From NCBI GenBank assembly GCA_035496715.1, contig DATJEK010000095.1, positions 264 to 64,263 on the forward strand: a stretch of DNA of 64,000 nucleotides, written 5' to 3'. Numbering within the stretch: position 1 is the first letter of the stretch; each line of letters begins with the position of its first letter. Made by a program: the position numbers and the translations under genes. This DNA is from Candidatus Eiseniibacteriota bacterium (GTDB lineage: Bacteria > Omnitrophota > Gorgyraeia > 2-02-FULL-51-18). Of this stretch, positions 51,601 through 63,600 are shown piece by piece. Below the pieces are notes generated by a model, which worked only from the letters and a program-made list of their open reading frames with translations, ran no database searches and had not been told where the DNA came from.

Positions 51601-54600
51601 GCCAGGCGAGCTGGGCCGCGAGCTTGTCGACGAGCTCGAGCGCCATGAAATTGAGCTGAACCTTGCGTTCGGCGTCCGCGCCCCTGGCTTCGGCGGCCAG
51701 GCGCTCGATCTCCTCGGCGAAGGGTTTCAGCGACTCGCCGCCGTCCTTGAGGAGATTTTGGCGGATGAAATGGAAGATGTCTCCGTCGGGGCTGGCGGTC
51801 GTGTTGTTCGCGTGGTACTCGACGCTCGCGTAGGCGTTGTAGCCCTTCGTGCGCAGCCAGCGGATCGAATCGACGAATCCGAGGAAACCGGGCCGCTCCT
51901 GGCCGGACTCGAGGAGCGCGCGGCCCTGCGGGTCGGCGGGATTGGCCCAGTGGAAGCCGTTTTCGTTGAAGAACACCTTCTGGAGATCCTCGGTCTGCTT
52001 CTGCCTGGCCGGGACGGTCGTCGGATTGAGCGACGCGAAGAGCGCCTTCTCGCCGTTGCGCTGCGCGATGGCCTCCTCGAGGAGCCTCGCGTGCGCCCGG
52101 GCCTGGCTGCGCTCCATGTCCACCTTGTAGGAAGAAGCCCAGACCGCGTACTGCGTGGCGCGGCGAGTCTCGGGCGCCGAGTAATCGCGCTTCAGGCCTT
52201 TCAGCGCCTGGAGCAGCCCCCGGCCGGCGACCGACGAAGGACGGCGCCCGCCCCCGCGCTCGCGGCTCTTCTCGGAGTCGTTGTATTCCACGAGCTCGCC
52301 GTTGGGCATGACCCATTCGCCGCTGTTGAGTTTCTGGCGCAGCTGGTCGTGGGTGACGGGTTTTCCGTCGTTGTGGGTGAACACGTTGATCACGGGCCCC
52401 AGCCCGTCCGGAGCCGCCGGGTCCGCCTCGTGGATCGTGAAGATCTCCGGCATCGCGCCGCCCCACACGCCGATGTATTTGGCGAAATTGAGCGCCGCCT
52501 TCATCATGCTCGTCGCGGACGCCTCGAGGAATTCGTCCGAAAGCATCACGGTGCCGGCCATCGCCTGGAAGATCACCGGCGCCTCGTCGACGTTGTAGTT
52601 TTCGATCGTCGTGATCTGGTCCTGGAGGCCGAGCTCCTCGACGAGGCCCTTGATGCGGCCGAACATCGCGAGCGCCTCCGAGCCGAAAATGCGCCCGCCG
52701 ATGACCACGCGGCCGGCCTCGCGGCGGAACGCCTCCAGCTCCGACGGGTGGGCCTTGAGGTGCTCGAGCAGCTCGATCCATTTGTCGGGGCCCTTGTACG
52801 AAACCTGCCGGCGCACGTTCGAGACGATCGGCTGGGCGAGCAGGCGGTCCCGGACCTGGCCGAAGCGAGCCTCGATGTCCGCCCACCGGGCGTCGTCGCC
52901 CGAAGCCGAGGCTTCGGCGACCGCCTTGCGGAATTCGGCGAGCACGGCCTCCGCGTCGGCGACGCCGGCCATCGTGCTGTCGAGCCAGCGCCCGTTTTTC
53001 TGCTCATCCCTCATCCACACGAGGAACTGCGCGACGTACGAGGCGCTCACGAACTCGCTGCGGCGCGTGAATTCGTCCTTCAGCGCGGCGTTGACCGGGT
53101 CCTTGAACGCCGCGGCCAGCGCGGCGTCCGTCGCCTCGTCCTCCCAGGCCTCGACGGGCAGGCCCAGTTTCTTCTTGTAGTAGCTGAGGATCTGCCGCCG
53201 CTCGGCCGCGCGCCAGTGCTCGACCAGCGCGCCGTTGGTGCTGCGCATGCCGTCCTGGTTCCACCCCTTCAGTTTGTTCACGTGCGCGGCCAGGATGTCG
53301 CGCGCGAGCACCGGCAGGTGCTCGTAGATGCCGACGCCGGTCAGGACGTTGGCGTCCATGGCGACCGCGTCGACGACGTTGATCTTGCCTCCCTGCACGA
53401 CGTAGGGGCGCTGGTATTCGGGGTAACCCAGCATCTCGAACGACGCCGCGTCCGGCTGGTACAGGCCGGGGCGGAACACCGTGTGGTTGATGTGCAGGCG
53501 CACGGAATCCGGGAAAAGCGGGGTCGGCATGCTGACGAACACCTCGTTGTCGACGAACACGACCTCGTCCTTGATCGCCTTCTTTTCCTGGAGGCGCTTG
53601 ACCAGCGTCTGGCTGGCCAGCGCGTACACGCCCATGTGCACGTCGCGCCAGAGGTACGAATAGTCGTTGCCGCCGTCGGCGTCGGGATAGACCTCGTCGA
53701 AGACGGGCCGGAGCACCTGCCCCTGGGGACCTTCCGCCACGAAATGCGCGTCGATGTAGTAGATCGGAGTCCCGAACGGCGTCTCGGTCCGGTAGACCTG
53801 CACGCGGATCTCGCGGTCGACGATCTCGCGCGACTTGCCCTTGGCCTTGGCGCGGAAGTCGTCCCCGATGTTGAGCCGGATCGTGAAGCTGAGCTCGGGG
53901 TCGGGCTTGCCGAGCGCCTCGCGCGTGTAGTCGCCGAGCGACTTTCTGCCGCTGCGGACTTCTTCGGGAAGGTCTTCGGGGCGGATGAACGGCTGCCCCT
54001 TGATCGTGTCGTAAATGGGGTTGATGGAGATCGCGTCGATGCCGTTTTTCTTCCAGGCGTTCACGAGGTCGAACATCAGGGCGCCGAGGCCGCCGGTCAG
54101 CGTCGTCTGCGTGACGAACCGGGTGATCGCGCGGTAGAGGCGGACGAACGGCGCGAACACGCCGCGGGGTTCGGGCCGCGGCAGGGATTTCTCGCGGATC
54201 CGCTTGATCAGCTCGAGGTCCATCCCCTGCTCGAACTGGCGGGTGACGAGCGTCGAGCGCTTGAGGAGCGGCGTGAAGTAATCGACCCACGGCGCCAGAC
54301 GCGCGCCCTCGACGAGACCGCGGCTCGGCGCGCGGGTCTCCCGCGCGACCACCTCTTCGATCGCCCGCGAGACGATCGAGGAGCGGGGCGCCTCGGGCGC
54401 GGAGGCCAGGCGCGCGGCGGCCACGCGGACGCCCGTGTCGATCTGGTGGCGGATCTCGCTCGAGGCGGACCACTCGTTGATCTGGCGCGTCGTCTGGGGG
54501 CGGAAGTCGGGCCTCGCGAACGGCCCCAGGCCGAGCGCGTTTCCGGCGTGATCGGCCCGCGTGAGAGCCTGCGAGCGGGCGGCGACGAGAGTCTCCACGT

Positions 54601-57600
54601 TCGCCGGCGTGACGGCGCCGAGCTCGGGGGTCTGCAGCCCGCCGGCGGTGGCGCGCGCCCGTGCGGCTCGCTGCTGGCGGTCCCGTCCGCTCTGCGTGCT
54701 GAAGACGTAGCCGAACGTGCGGCGGATCACGAAGAACGATTTGCCGAGCACGAAGAGAGGCGAATACCGGAAGCCGCTCATGAGGCCGTCACGGTCCCGG
54801 AACGCGCTGAACGAGTACATGCCCGAAAGGAACGCGAACGAGGTCAGGAGATACGGCAGGAGGATCGCCGGCCCGAACGGCGTCATCATGACGAACGCGA
54901 TCATCCACGAAAGCACGCCGGCGAAACCGACGAGGCTGTTGAGCGGGATGCCGCGGGCGCCGAAGAACGGGATCCCGCGGAAGATCATGAGCTCGTCGAA
55001 GCGCTGCTCGTCATCCCAGGACCGCAGGAACGCCTCCTTCACGGTGCGGAGGAACGAGAACATTTCCTTCGAAGCCAGCATGACGCCGCGGAAGAAGAAC
55101 GGGATCAGGAACACGTAGAACGGCAGCGCCGTGATCAGGTCCTTGCCCGCGAGGTAGAACGCCTGCCAGAAGCTGCCCGACTCGCGCCAGTGCCGGGTGA
55201 AATTGTTGGTGTTGATGGCCTCCATCAGGATGAAGCTCGACCCGACGAAGAAAAAGAACGGCTTCAGGAACGCGAACGCCGAGAACGGCGAGAGCACCGG
55301 AAGCAGGATGAGGAGCGTCAGGGCGAACGGCGCGATGAAATAGTGGAACCAGAGGAAAATGTGCGTGAGCTTCACGCTCGCCGGGACGTTCGGGTTGTAG
55401 AAGACCGCGAACGAGCCGCGGTCCATCATGAACCGCGTGACGTTGAACGAGTAGCGCATCTCGGTCGTGACGAGCGACTCGGCCAGGAGCGACGGACGTC
55501 CCCAGCGGTACGTGAACCAGTCGATCTGCGTGCCGGTGTAGAAGACGCCGTACCGGTTCGCCGAGCGCTGCAGCATGAGCAGGCCCTCGGAGTCTTCGCC
55601 GGGCGGCGAGAACGGCCCGATCGTCTGCGGGATGCCCATGTACTTGCCGTAATCCAGGAGCTTGCCGCGCAGCGCCCGCTGGACGTCGGTGGTCCAGACC
55701 ATCTGCGCGATCGCGTAGATCTTGGTCGCCGGGAACGAGTCGGAGGTGCTCGCCCAGATCTTCATCATCGGGTTGATGGCGGCCAGGTTCGGCTGGCGCT
55801 GGCGGCTGTTCATCGAGGCCCAGGTCGAGCGGAACACGTGCTGGCCGTGCTCGTTCATGACGTGCGCGTCGTAATCGACGGTCGTGCCGTAGAACTCGGC
55901 GAGGTTCAGCGCGATGCCCTGGTGCTTGCCGGGGTAGTTGTTGAGGAAGTTGTCCGCCGCGAAATTGTGGAACGCCACGCGGACGTTGTTCTGGCCGGCC
56001 TTGCGGTAGGTGAGCGCGCTCTGGGTCAGCGTGTTGAGGCGCTCGCGCACGTCCGCGGCGTTGACGAGCGTCGCGTCGGGTCCGCGGCCCAGGAGCTCGA
56101 CCATCCGCACGAGACGCTCGTTGTTGGCCTCTTTCCAGGCGAGAAACGCCTCGGACCAGGCCGCCATGCTGGCGAACTTCGCGCGCCGCGCGGCGTCGGT
56201 GACCGGCACGAACTGCGGGTTGAATTCGTTGAGCTCGTTGATGAGGCCGGTCACGGCCGGGCCCATCAGGCCGGCGGGGCCACCGAGGAGGGATCGCCGC
56301 ATCGGGTCGTCGGCCGGAAGCCGGTTGGCGTAGTCGGTCAGGATCTTGATGAGTCCCGTGTCGGCGGCGGGAGGCCCGGCGACCTGCAGGGGGCGCACGT
56401 CGGTGAGGTTCACGCCTCCGGCGGAGCCGCGGAAATTCCCCCAGAGCAGCGCGTCCTGGAAGATCGGCCGCAGCTTGAGGTCGATTTTCGCCTGGTAGCG
56501 CGCGTAGTTGTCGACGAACACCAGCTGGCCCGGGGACAGCGAGGCGCGCGGAAGCGCCGAAAGCGTGCGGTGGGCCTCCGCGAGAGACGTGTTCGAGGCC
56601 GCGATTTCGCGGACCGCGGCCTGATAAGCGAGATTGCCGGTCTCGAACGCGGCCAGGAGGTGATACTCGACGTAATCCTGCGCCATCGAATCCATCACGG
56701 CGTCGTTGTTGGGACGCATTTCGTTCATCCAGCCGAGGATGGCGCGGTAGACGACCTCGCGTTCCGACACGGTCAGGCCCGCGGTCGTGAGGAGCTCGAC
56801 GATGTTGGTCCGCTCGTTGACGTTCCGGAGGAGAACCGTGGCGCGGCGGACGTTGGCGGAAGGGTTGTGCGCGAGCGCGCTGTCGATGCCGACCAGGTTT
56901 TCCCATTCGGCGGGGTTCGTGCGCGCGACGTAGCCGGCCAGCGACGTCCGCCGGTCCGCGCCCGGCGGATCGGACGGCACGGCCGGGATCTCGTTGAACG
57001 TGCCCAGGACGATGCAGTTTTCGAGCGTGTGGCCGAACATTTCTCCGGCCGCCTGCACGTGCGTGGAGCTCGCCTGCAGGAGCGCCCAGACGTCCGGGAC
57101 GACTTTCTTCTGGCTCAGCGTGAAAAAGGTCATCTGCAGGAGGTCCAGCGCCTTCGCCGAGCGCGGACGCACGAGCCGCCCGTCGGGGGAGCCGCGAAGC
57201 GCGTCGCGCCACTGCTGCGCCTCGTCCTGCGAGAGCAGGTAGCGGCGCTCGAGAATGCCGACCAGGCGCTCGAGATACTCGGCGACCGACTCGCCGTTGG
57301 GGATCGGCGAACGGTGATTTTCTTCCACGTCCCGGAGCTCGCTCAGCCATTCCCCGAACTTGCCCTCCCAGAATTCGGGCAGGTCGCCGCGCGGCAGCGA
57401 ACGGAAGACGAGGTACACCGCGAGGCCGCCGATCACGAAGAGGACGGTGAACAGCGTGAATCCGACGGGGATCACCGCGAAGATGACGCCCAGCGCGCCG
57501 AGCAGATACAGCGGGACCGCCAGCTTCATGAAATGGGAGAAGAGCTCCGACGTCGGCACGCGGCTCGAGAACATCGCGCCGAGCAGGCCGCGGAACGGGT

Positions 57601-60600
57601 TCAGCGACCGCCAGCCGATGAGCGACCGGGCCGTGTCGCTCCAGAGCTCGCCGTTCAGCGCGAAATAGCTGCGCAGGCTCACCGCCAGGTGATAGAACGA
57701 AATGACCGTCACCGGATAGGTCAGGGCGAGGAGGATGACGGTGAACAGGAATCCCAGCGTGAACGCGCCCACGACCGTCACGCCGCTGAAGAGGAAGAAG
57801 ACGAGGAGGCCGCCGACGTAGACGGTGCTGGCGCCCATGATCACGCCGCCCCAGAAGAACTTCTCGTTCCAGGGCATGCTGGACCAGAGGATGGGCAGAA
57901 GCAGCGGCGCCACCAGGATCACGAGGATGCCGACCGCCAGGAGCTTCGGCGCCATCAGGATGATCGCGGCGCCCGCGGCGACCGTGAGACCCGCGGTCAC
58001 CAGGAATCCGATCTTCTGTCCCGTGCCCATGCCCCAGAATTTCCCGAGGGAAAAGAGCGGCTTGAGGAGCCTTCCGCCGTACAGCGCCCGAAGGCCGATC
58101 CCGGCGGGCCGGAACGCGAAGATCAGGAGCCCGAGGCCCGCGGCGACCACGAGCGTCGGCACGACGAGACCGCCGACGAACACCCCGATCGCGACGCCCG
58201 CGGCGGCGGTGACCAGGCCGAGAAGGAGCGGGATGCGGCGCACGCTCGCCGGCCGTTTCGTGGAGAGATCCGCCGCCGTGGCCTCCGGGTGATCGATGCC
58301 GGCCAGGCGGAGCGTCGTGCGCTTGTAAGCGGCGGCGATGTTGTTCTTTTCGTTGTCGTCGGCGCCGGTGGCGATCGCGCGCAGCTGCGCGGGCGTGCGG
58401 ACGCCGCCGCCGACGGTGGCGGCGATCTGCTGCTCGACGGTGAGCGCGGGGCGGCCGTCCCGGCGGGCCTTTTCGGCCTCGATCTGGACGGATTCGAAAA
58501 GGTCCCAGATGTCCAGGTCGATGAAAAGGTCCAGGAGCTGGATGCGGTCCAGGTCGCGGCGGATCACGTCGAGGATGTCTTCGACGGAGCGGCCGGCCGT
58601 GAGCGCGGCGTCGACCTGCGCGACGAGCACGTCGCGGCGGTTGCGGCCCAGGAGCGCGCCGCGCACGCCGTCGAGGACCTGCGCGCGCGTGAGCGCGCCG
58701 TTGCGGAGGATGCGGTCGATGTTGGTGAGGACCATCTCTTCCGCGGTGCTCCACTGGTCGCGGCCCGTCACCAGCTTGTAGCGGTCGAATTCCCGTTTCA
58801 CGATCGGCCCGAACGCGCCGTTCAGGTCGTCGACGGTCTGCAGCACTTCGGCGGGCGTGCGGCCGGCGGCGATCGCGGCGTTGGCCTGGCGGACGACGTA
58901 CATCGAAAACGGCCACATCGCGGCGAACTGGCCGATCGAATGGTTGCCGGTCTGCGACGGCGGGCGCTGGACGAGCTTCAGGAGGATGAATTCATTCAGG
59001 CTGACCGGCTCCACGGCGCGGTTGATCGGGTTCGGGTTGTAGACGATGTCCCCCGTGGCGGCCTGGCTCAGGAGCGTCGGGTTCTTCATGAGGTACGGCA
59101 GGAGCTCCGCCTGGGCCGACTGGAGGATATCCGCCTGCACCGCGGGGCTCACCTGCCCGGCGTAGCTTGCCGTCATCACGGCCGTCATCCTCGGCTCGAT
59201 GAAGCGGCGCGACACGAGAGCCTCCACGAACGTCGTCAGGCTCGTGTAACCGGCGGCCAGCGCCGTGATCTGGGCCATCGTCAGGATGCCGCTGTCGAGG
59301 AGGTAGCGGAGCGTGTTCGCCTCGGGCGTCACCGGCAGCGCGTCGACCCAGCGCTTCTTCGCGGCGTCGGACATGCCGGGGCGCAGGATGGCGGCGGTCA
59401 GGACCTTGTCCTGGGCCTTCTCGATGAGGATCTTCGTGACCCATCTCCACAGGAGATCCCCTTGGCGGCGGCCGCCGTCCGAAGCGGCCGTGACCGCGCT
59501 CTGCAGCTCGGCGTCCGAGATGAGCCGCGGCCCGCCGGTGGCGTCGATCAGGTCATAGAGGATGAGCGCCTGCGGATATTTGTTTTTCGCCCGCGCCATC
59601 CGCACGTCCACGGCCGCGTTGGCCGCCGTGAGGCGGGGCGCCGTCGGGTAGAGATGGGGATCCCTCTCCAGGTCGTCGAACGGATAGGTCGGAATCCTCA
59701 CTCCCACCGCCTGGAGCGGCCGTTTGAGATGCAGCGTGCTGCTCAGGAATCCGACGAGCTTCCCTCTCCAGGAGCGGCTGTACTGGTCGGCGTAGACGAG
59801 GCGGTCGACTTCGTCGTTCGAGAAGCCCAGCACGTTGCCGTAATGGTTCCGGATCAGGGCTTCGCGCTCCGCTTCGGGGATGTGGGGCCCCAGGACGAGA
59901 CCGGTGCCGAGCTCCTTGGCCATCACGAGCCTCTGGCCGGGATCGGCCGTCGCCAGGCGGGCGCCGAAAATGTTGCGGTTGGCGTCGGCCGCGTCGTTCG
60001 CCTCCGGGCTCTCGGCCTCCGGAGAGCGGCGCAGACGCCTGTATAAAGGAAACAGCGTCATGAGAAGCAGCGCCGCCCCGCCCATCCACCAGGCGTTGTT
60101 CATGGTCCAGATGAGGTAGTCCCGGCTGACGCGCTGGGGGCGGTCGTTCTCGCGCTCGACCGGGAGGGCGGTCCCCTCTTTTTCGATCTGGTTGAAAAGA
60201 TTTTCCACCTTGTCGCGGTCGATCGCGCCGACGCGTCCGGCGACCCATCCGGGAACGCCGTTGTAAAACTTGTCGTAAAGCATCTGCGTGAGCGTCAGGT
60301 CGTCCGGGTTCTGGGGGTTCATCACATGGATCGCGCTGATGCCGGCCTGGCCCTTCGACGTGATGCTCGCGACCAGCTCGCCGTTGCGGATGAGGTACGC
60401 CGAGGCGCCCTGGCCGCGAACCTCGGGGCTGAGGATGTGCTCGGAGATCAGGATGTAGATGTCGCCTTTCTTGCCGTACTCGCCCTTGTGGTCGACCCAG
60501 GTGCGCGTCGAGAATTCGCTGTAGATCGTCGCCGTCGGCGACCGGCGGTCGTAGTCGGTGCCCGTGAAATTGTAGACGTTGAGGAAGATGCCGTCGCGCG

Positions 60601-63600
60601 AGGTCTGCACGTACGGATACGGGGTGTTCGTCGCGTACTGCTTGCCCTCGGCGTTGTAGCGCACGCCGTACACTTCGTACACCGTGTGCGTCTGGTAGTT
60701 GTACACGACGATGCCGGGGTTGCGCTGCTCCGCCGCGCGGTCCGAGGGGATGACTTCGTACACGTACTCGCCCTTCGCCTGCTGGTGCTCCCGGAAGCGC
60801 GTGTTGCGGATGACCCGGTTGGGATCGCGGCTGACGTCGACGACGATTTCGCCCGGCGAGACCCCGAACGGCGCGTGGATGTCCTTGGCCTGCCACTTGA
60901 TGAAGCGCACGAAGCCCGAGCCCTCGACCGCCAGCGTCCGAACGAGCGGATCGTCGATGTCGACGTAGCGCGCGTCCATCGCGAACTCCGTCCCGTTGGC
61001 CTTCAAATACCGCGTGATGCGCGAAAGCCGCACGTCGTCGCGCACGGGCACGCCGTTGTCGCGGAGCTCCTGGACCACCGAGGCCGGCAGCCGCATCTGC
61101 GTCATTTTGTTCCCCTTAAACTGCTTCTCGAGCGCGGGAGATAGCGCGCGCTCCCCGACGAGCTGCGTCATCGCGACGGGGATCGGGTCGGCCTGGATGC
61201 GGAACACGAGTCCCTTCGAGAGCTCATAGCCGTTGGTGGCGTTCTCCTGGTTCCACCGCGTGTTGATCATGACGTTCGACTCGCGGTCCGAGGAGAAGAA
61301 GAGCACGATGCGCGCGAACGGGTCTTCCTTCACGCGGACGGTGTAGCTGGTGCCGCCGTTTTCCATGCGCACGGCGGTGACGACGAGCGTCAGCGGCCCG
61401 TTGACGGCCATGCTGCGGCGAAGCTCGGTGAGGCTCTCGTGCAGATAGGTCTTGGCCTCGGCCTTCTGGTTCGCGGGGATCTGGTTCGCCAGGTCGCGCA
61501 CGATCGGAGGAAGCGCCCCGTTTCCGTCGACGATCCAGTCGGCGTCGGCCGGGACCTGGTAGGGTGCCTCGTATTTGTAGGTCGTGCTGATCGCCCGCTC
61601 GCCGAGGGAGTAGACGCCGTTGGACTTCTCGGCGACGTAGGTGACGCGGATCGGCAGCCCTTTGAGCGTCATCGCCGTCGGGTTGTCCGAGATGAACTCC
61701 GCCATGTAGCGTCCGTCGGGCAGCTGGGAGATCGTCGCGCGTTCCTTGCCCTGGGAGTCGACGGCGCGGGCGCGGACGAACGCTCCGTTGGGGGCGATCT
61801 CCTCGAGGATCCGCCAGCCGGTGGGGCTGATGGGGAAAAATTCCTTGGGGAAGCTGCTGAACGTATTTTTCGTCTGGACCGCGTAGCCGACGGCCGGAGC
61901 GGCTTTGCCGGCCTCGAGGGGCGCGCCGTTGCGGTCGAGAGGCCGGTACTGGTTGTCGAAGAAGAAGGTCTGGTTCACCGGCAGGTCGTCCTCGTAGCCG
62001 CGCGCGTCGCGCACGCGCTTCTCGAGGATGGCCGCGGTCTGGTTGCCCTGGATGACGACGATGCCGTGGACGGGGACGGCGTTCACCGTCTGGGGGCGGA
62101 GATAAAAGGAAGCGCTCTCGCCGCCGTTGGGATCCGTGGCGTACGCGCGGTCGAAACGGCCGAAGCGGTCGACGCGCACGTAAACGCGGCCGCCGTTCAG
62201 GGTCTTTCCGGTATCGTGGACGCCGCCGACGACGTTGCCGAGGACGATCTCTCCCTTGGCCTTGTCGTCCAGGTAGGTCCGCACTTCGAACATGCCGGGG
62301 CCGATCCGGACGATCGCCTCGCCCGTGAGCCCGCCGTCGGTCGGATAGAACGTGATCTGCTCTTCGCCGGTGACCGTGTCGTTGGCCACCATGCGTTTCT
62401 GGTTGTTGAGCTCTCCCGCGGCGGGGCCGAAACGGACGTCGTACACCGTGCTGCCGTTGACGGTCTGCGGCGCGCCCTTGGCCATGCGGATCGTGCGCTC
62501 GGAGACCATCCCGCCCTCGCGGATGGCGTCGCCTTCCTTCGTGTAGGCCGTCGTGACGCTGCGCGAAGGGATCGCGGTGTTCGGCAGGTAGGCCTGGTGC
62601 ACGGTCCGCGTCCAGTTCTCCACGACGCGGTCCGCGGCGCCCGGCACGGGGATCACGCTCGTGCTGATCAGCGTGTTCCGCTCGAGCGGGCGGGTCTCGC
62701 GGTAGGCGCTGCCCCCGACGGTGACCGAGATGATGTCGAACGTGTCGATGTAGACCCGCCCGCTGCGCAGATCGGTCACTTTCACGCGGCTGCGGCCGAG
62801 ATTGTCCACGGGCAGCGGCTCGTAGATGCGGTCGCGCTTCCATTCGCCGCCGTCCCAGAACCAGACCACGGCGACGCCCGTCTGCACGCCGAGCGGATCG
62901 CGCTGGAAATAAACCTCTTCGTTGGCGCTCACCGTGCGCCGGATGAACTGGTTGAGCTCCCTCTCCGCTCCGCGGAAGCCGCCGAACACCAGGACCGTGT
63001 CGCCGCCCTCCGTGTAGCGGTTGCCCGATTTGATCTGGTCGGCGAGCTCCAGGATCCGGGCGTCGCGCACGCGGCGGGCGTGGTTGAACGGATCGGCGGG
63101 CTGAGTGGGATTGGTCTTCTGGTCGGCGCGAAGCTTCTCGTATTCCGTGCGGGCCTCTTTCAGCCTCTCCGCGAGCTTCGTCTGGGCCGGGCCGACGACC
63201 GCGGGGTCGACGCTCAAATCGGCCACGCCGGCCCGGATGCGGATCACGGCCCCGGTCAGCTGGCTGGGCCCGGCGAGCGCGGCGGTTTTGACGAGCGCCT
63301 GGTTGCGGGCGACCTCGGTGCGGGCCTCGCCGGCGCCGCCCAGGAATTCGACGACGTAGAGCGTCCCCTTCGGCCCGAACGTCCCGGCCGCGTCGACGTA
63401 CCGGAAGGTGTTGTCCGCGAACTCCTTTTCGCGGGACACGATCTCGGCCTCGACGGCGCCGCGGGGTTCTCCGGCGCGCATCTTCTGCACCCAGGTGTCG
63501 CGCAGGCGGTCGAGCTCGACCGCTTTCTGGCCGATCACGGCCTCCCACTGCGCGATCTGCGGCGGGTTCTTGGCCACGACGGGGTCGCGAACGAAAATCC

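Noticed and set aside
54680-58370. The TM cluster, ~700-aa loop, TM cluster architecture in protein 2 reminded me of GT48 beta-1,3-glucan synthase and processive GT2 synthases
   Set aside because: No QxxRW, DxD or FKS signature motif could be found in the loop. It is architectural resemblance only.
1552-60046. Very long plus-strand ORFs: 1552-8775 (2,407 aa), 8881-17319 (2,812 aa), 17530-25272 (2,580 aa), 25336-33099 (2,587 aa), 33223-36858, 38554-41937 and 45869-60046 (4,725 aa)
   Set aside because: All are antisense to the motif-validated minus-strand giant ORFs. Their translations are Arg/Gly/Pro/Glu-rich low complexity (e.g. RRRRGRRASGRQ) with no recognisable motifs. This is typical of stop-codon-poor shadow frames in ~70% GC DNA.
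3866-63548. Same-strand alternate-frame ORFs inside the giant genes, for example 3866-5881, 7742-10858, 11780-14716, 36965-41182, 45117-47201, 49089-52886, 55011-58916 and 61224-63548
   Set aside because: Out-of-frame overlaps with low-complexity R/G/P-rich translations. The in-frame giant ORF has conserved catalytic motifs at these positions.
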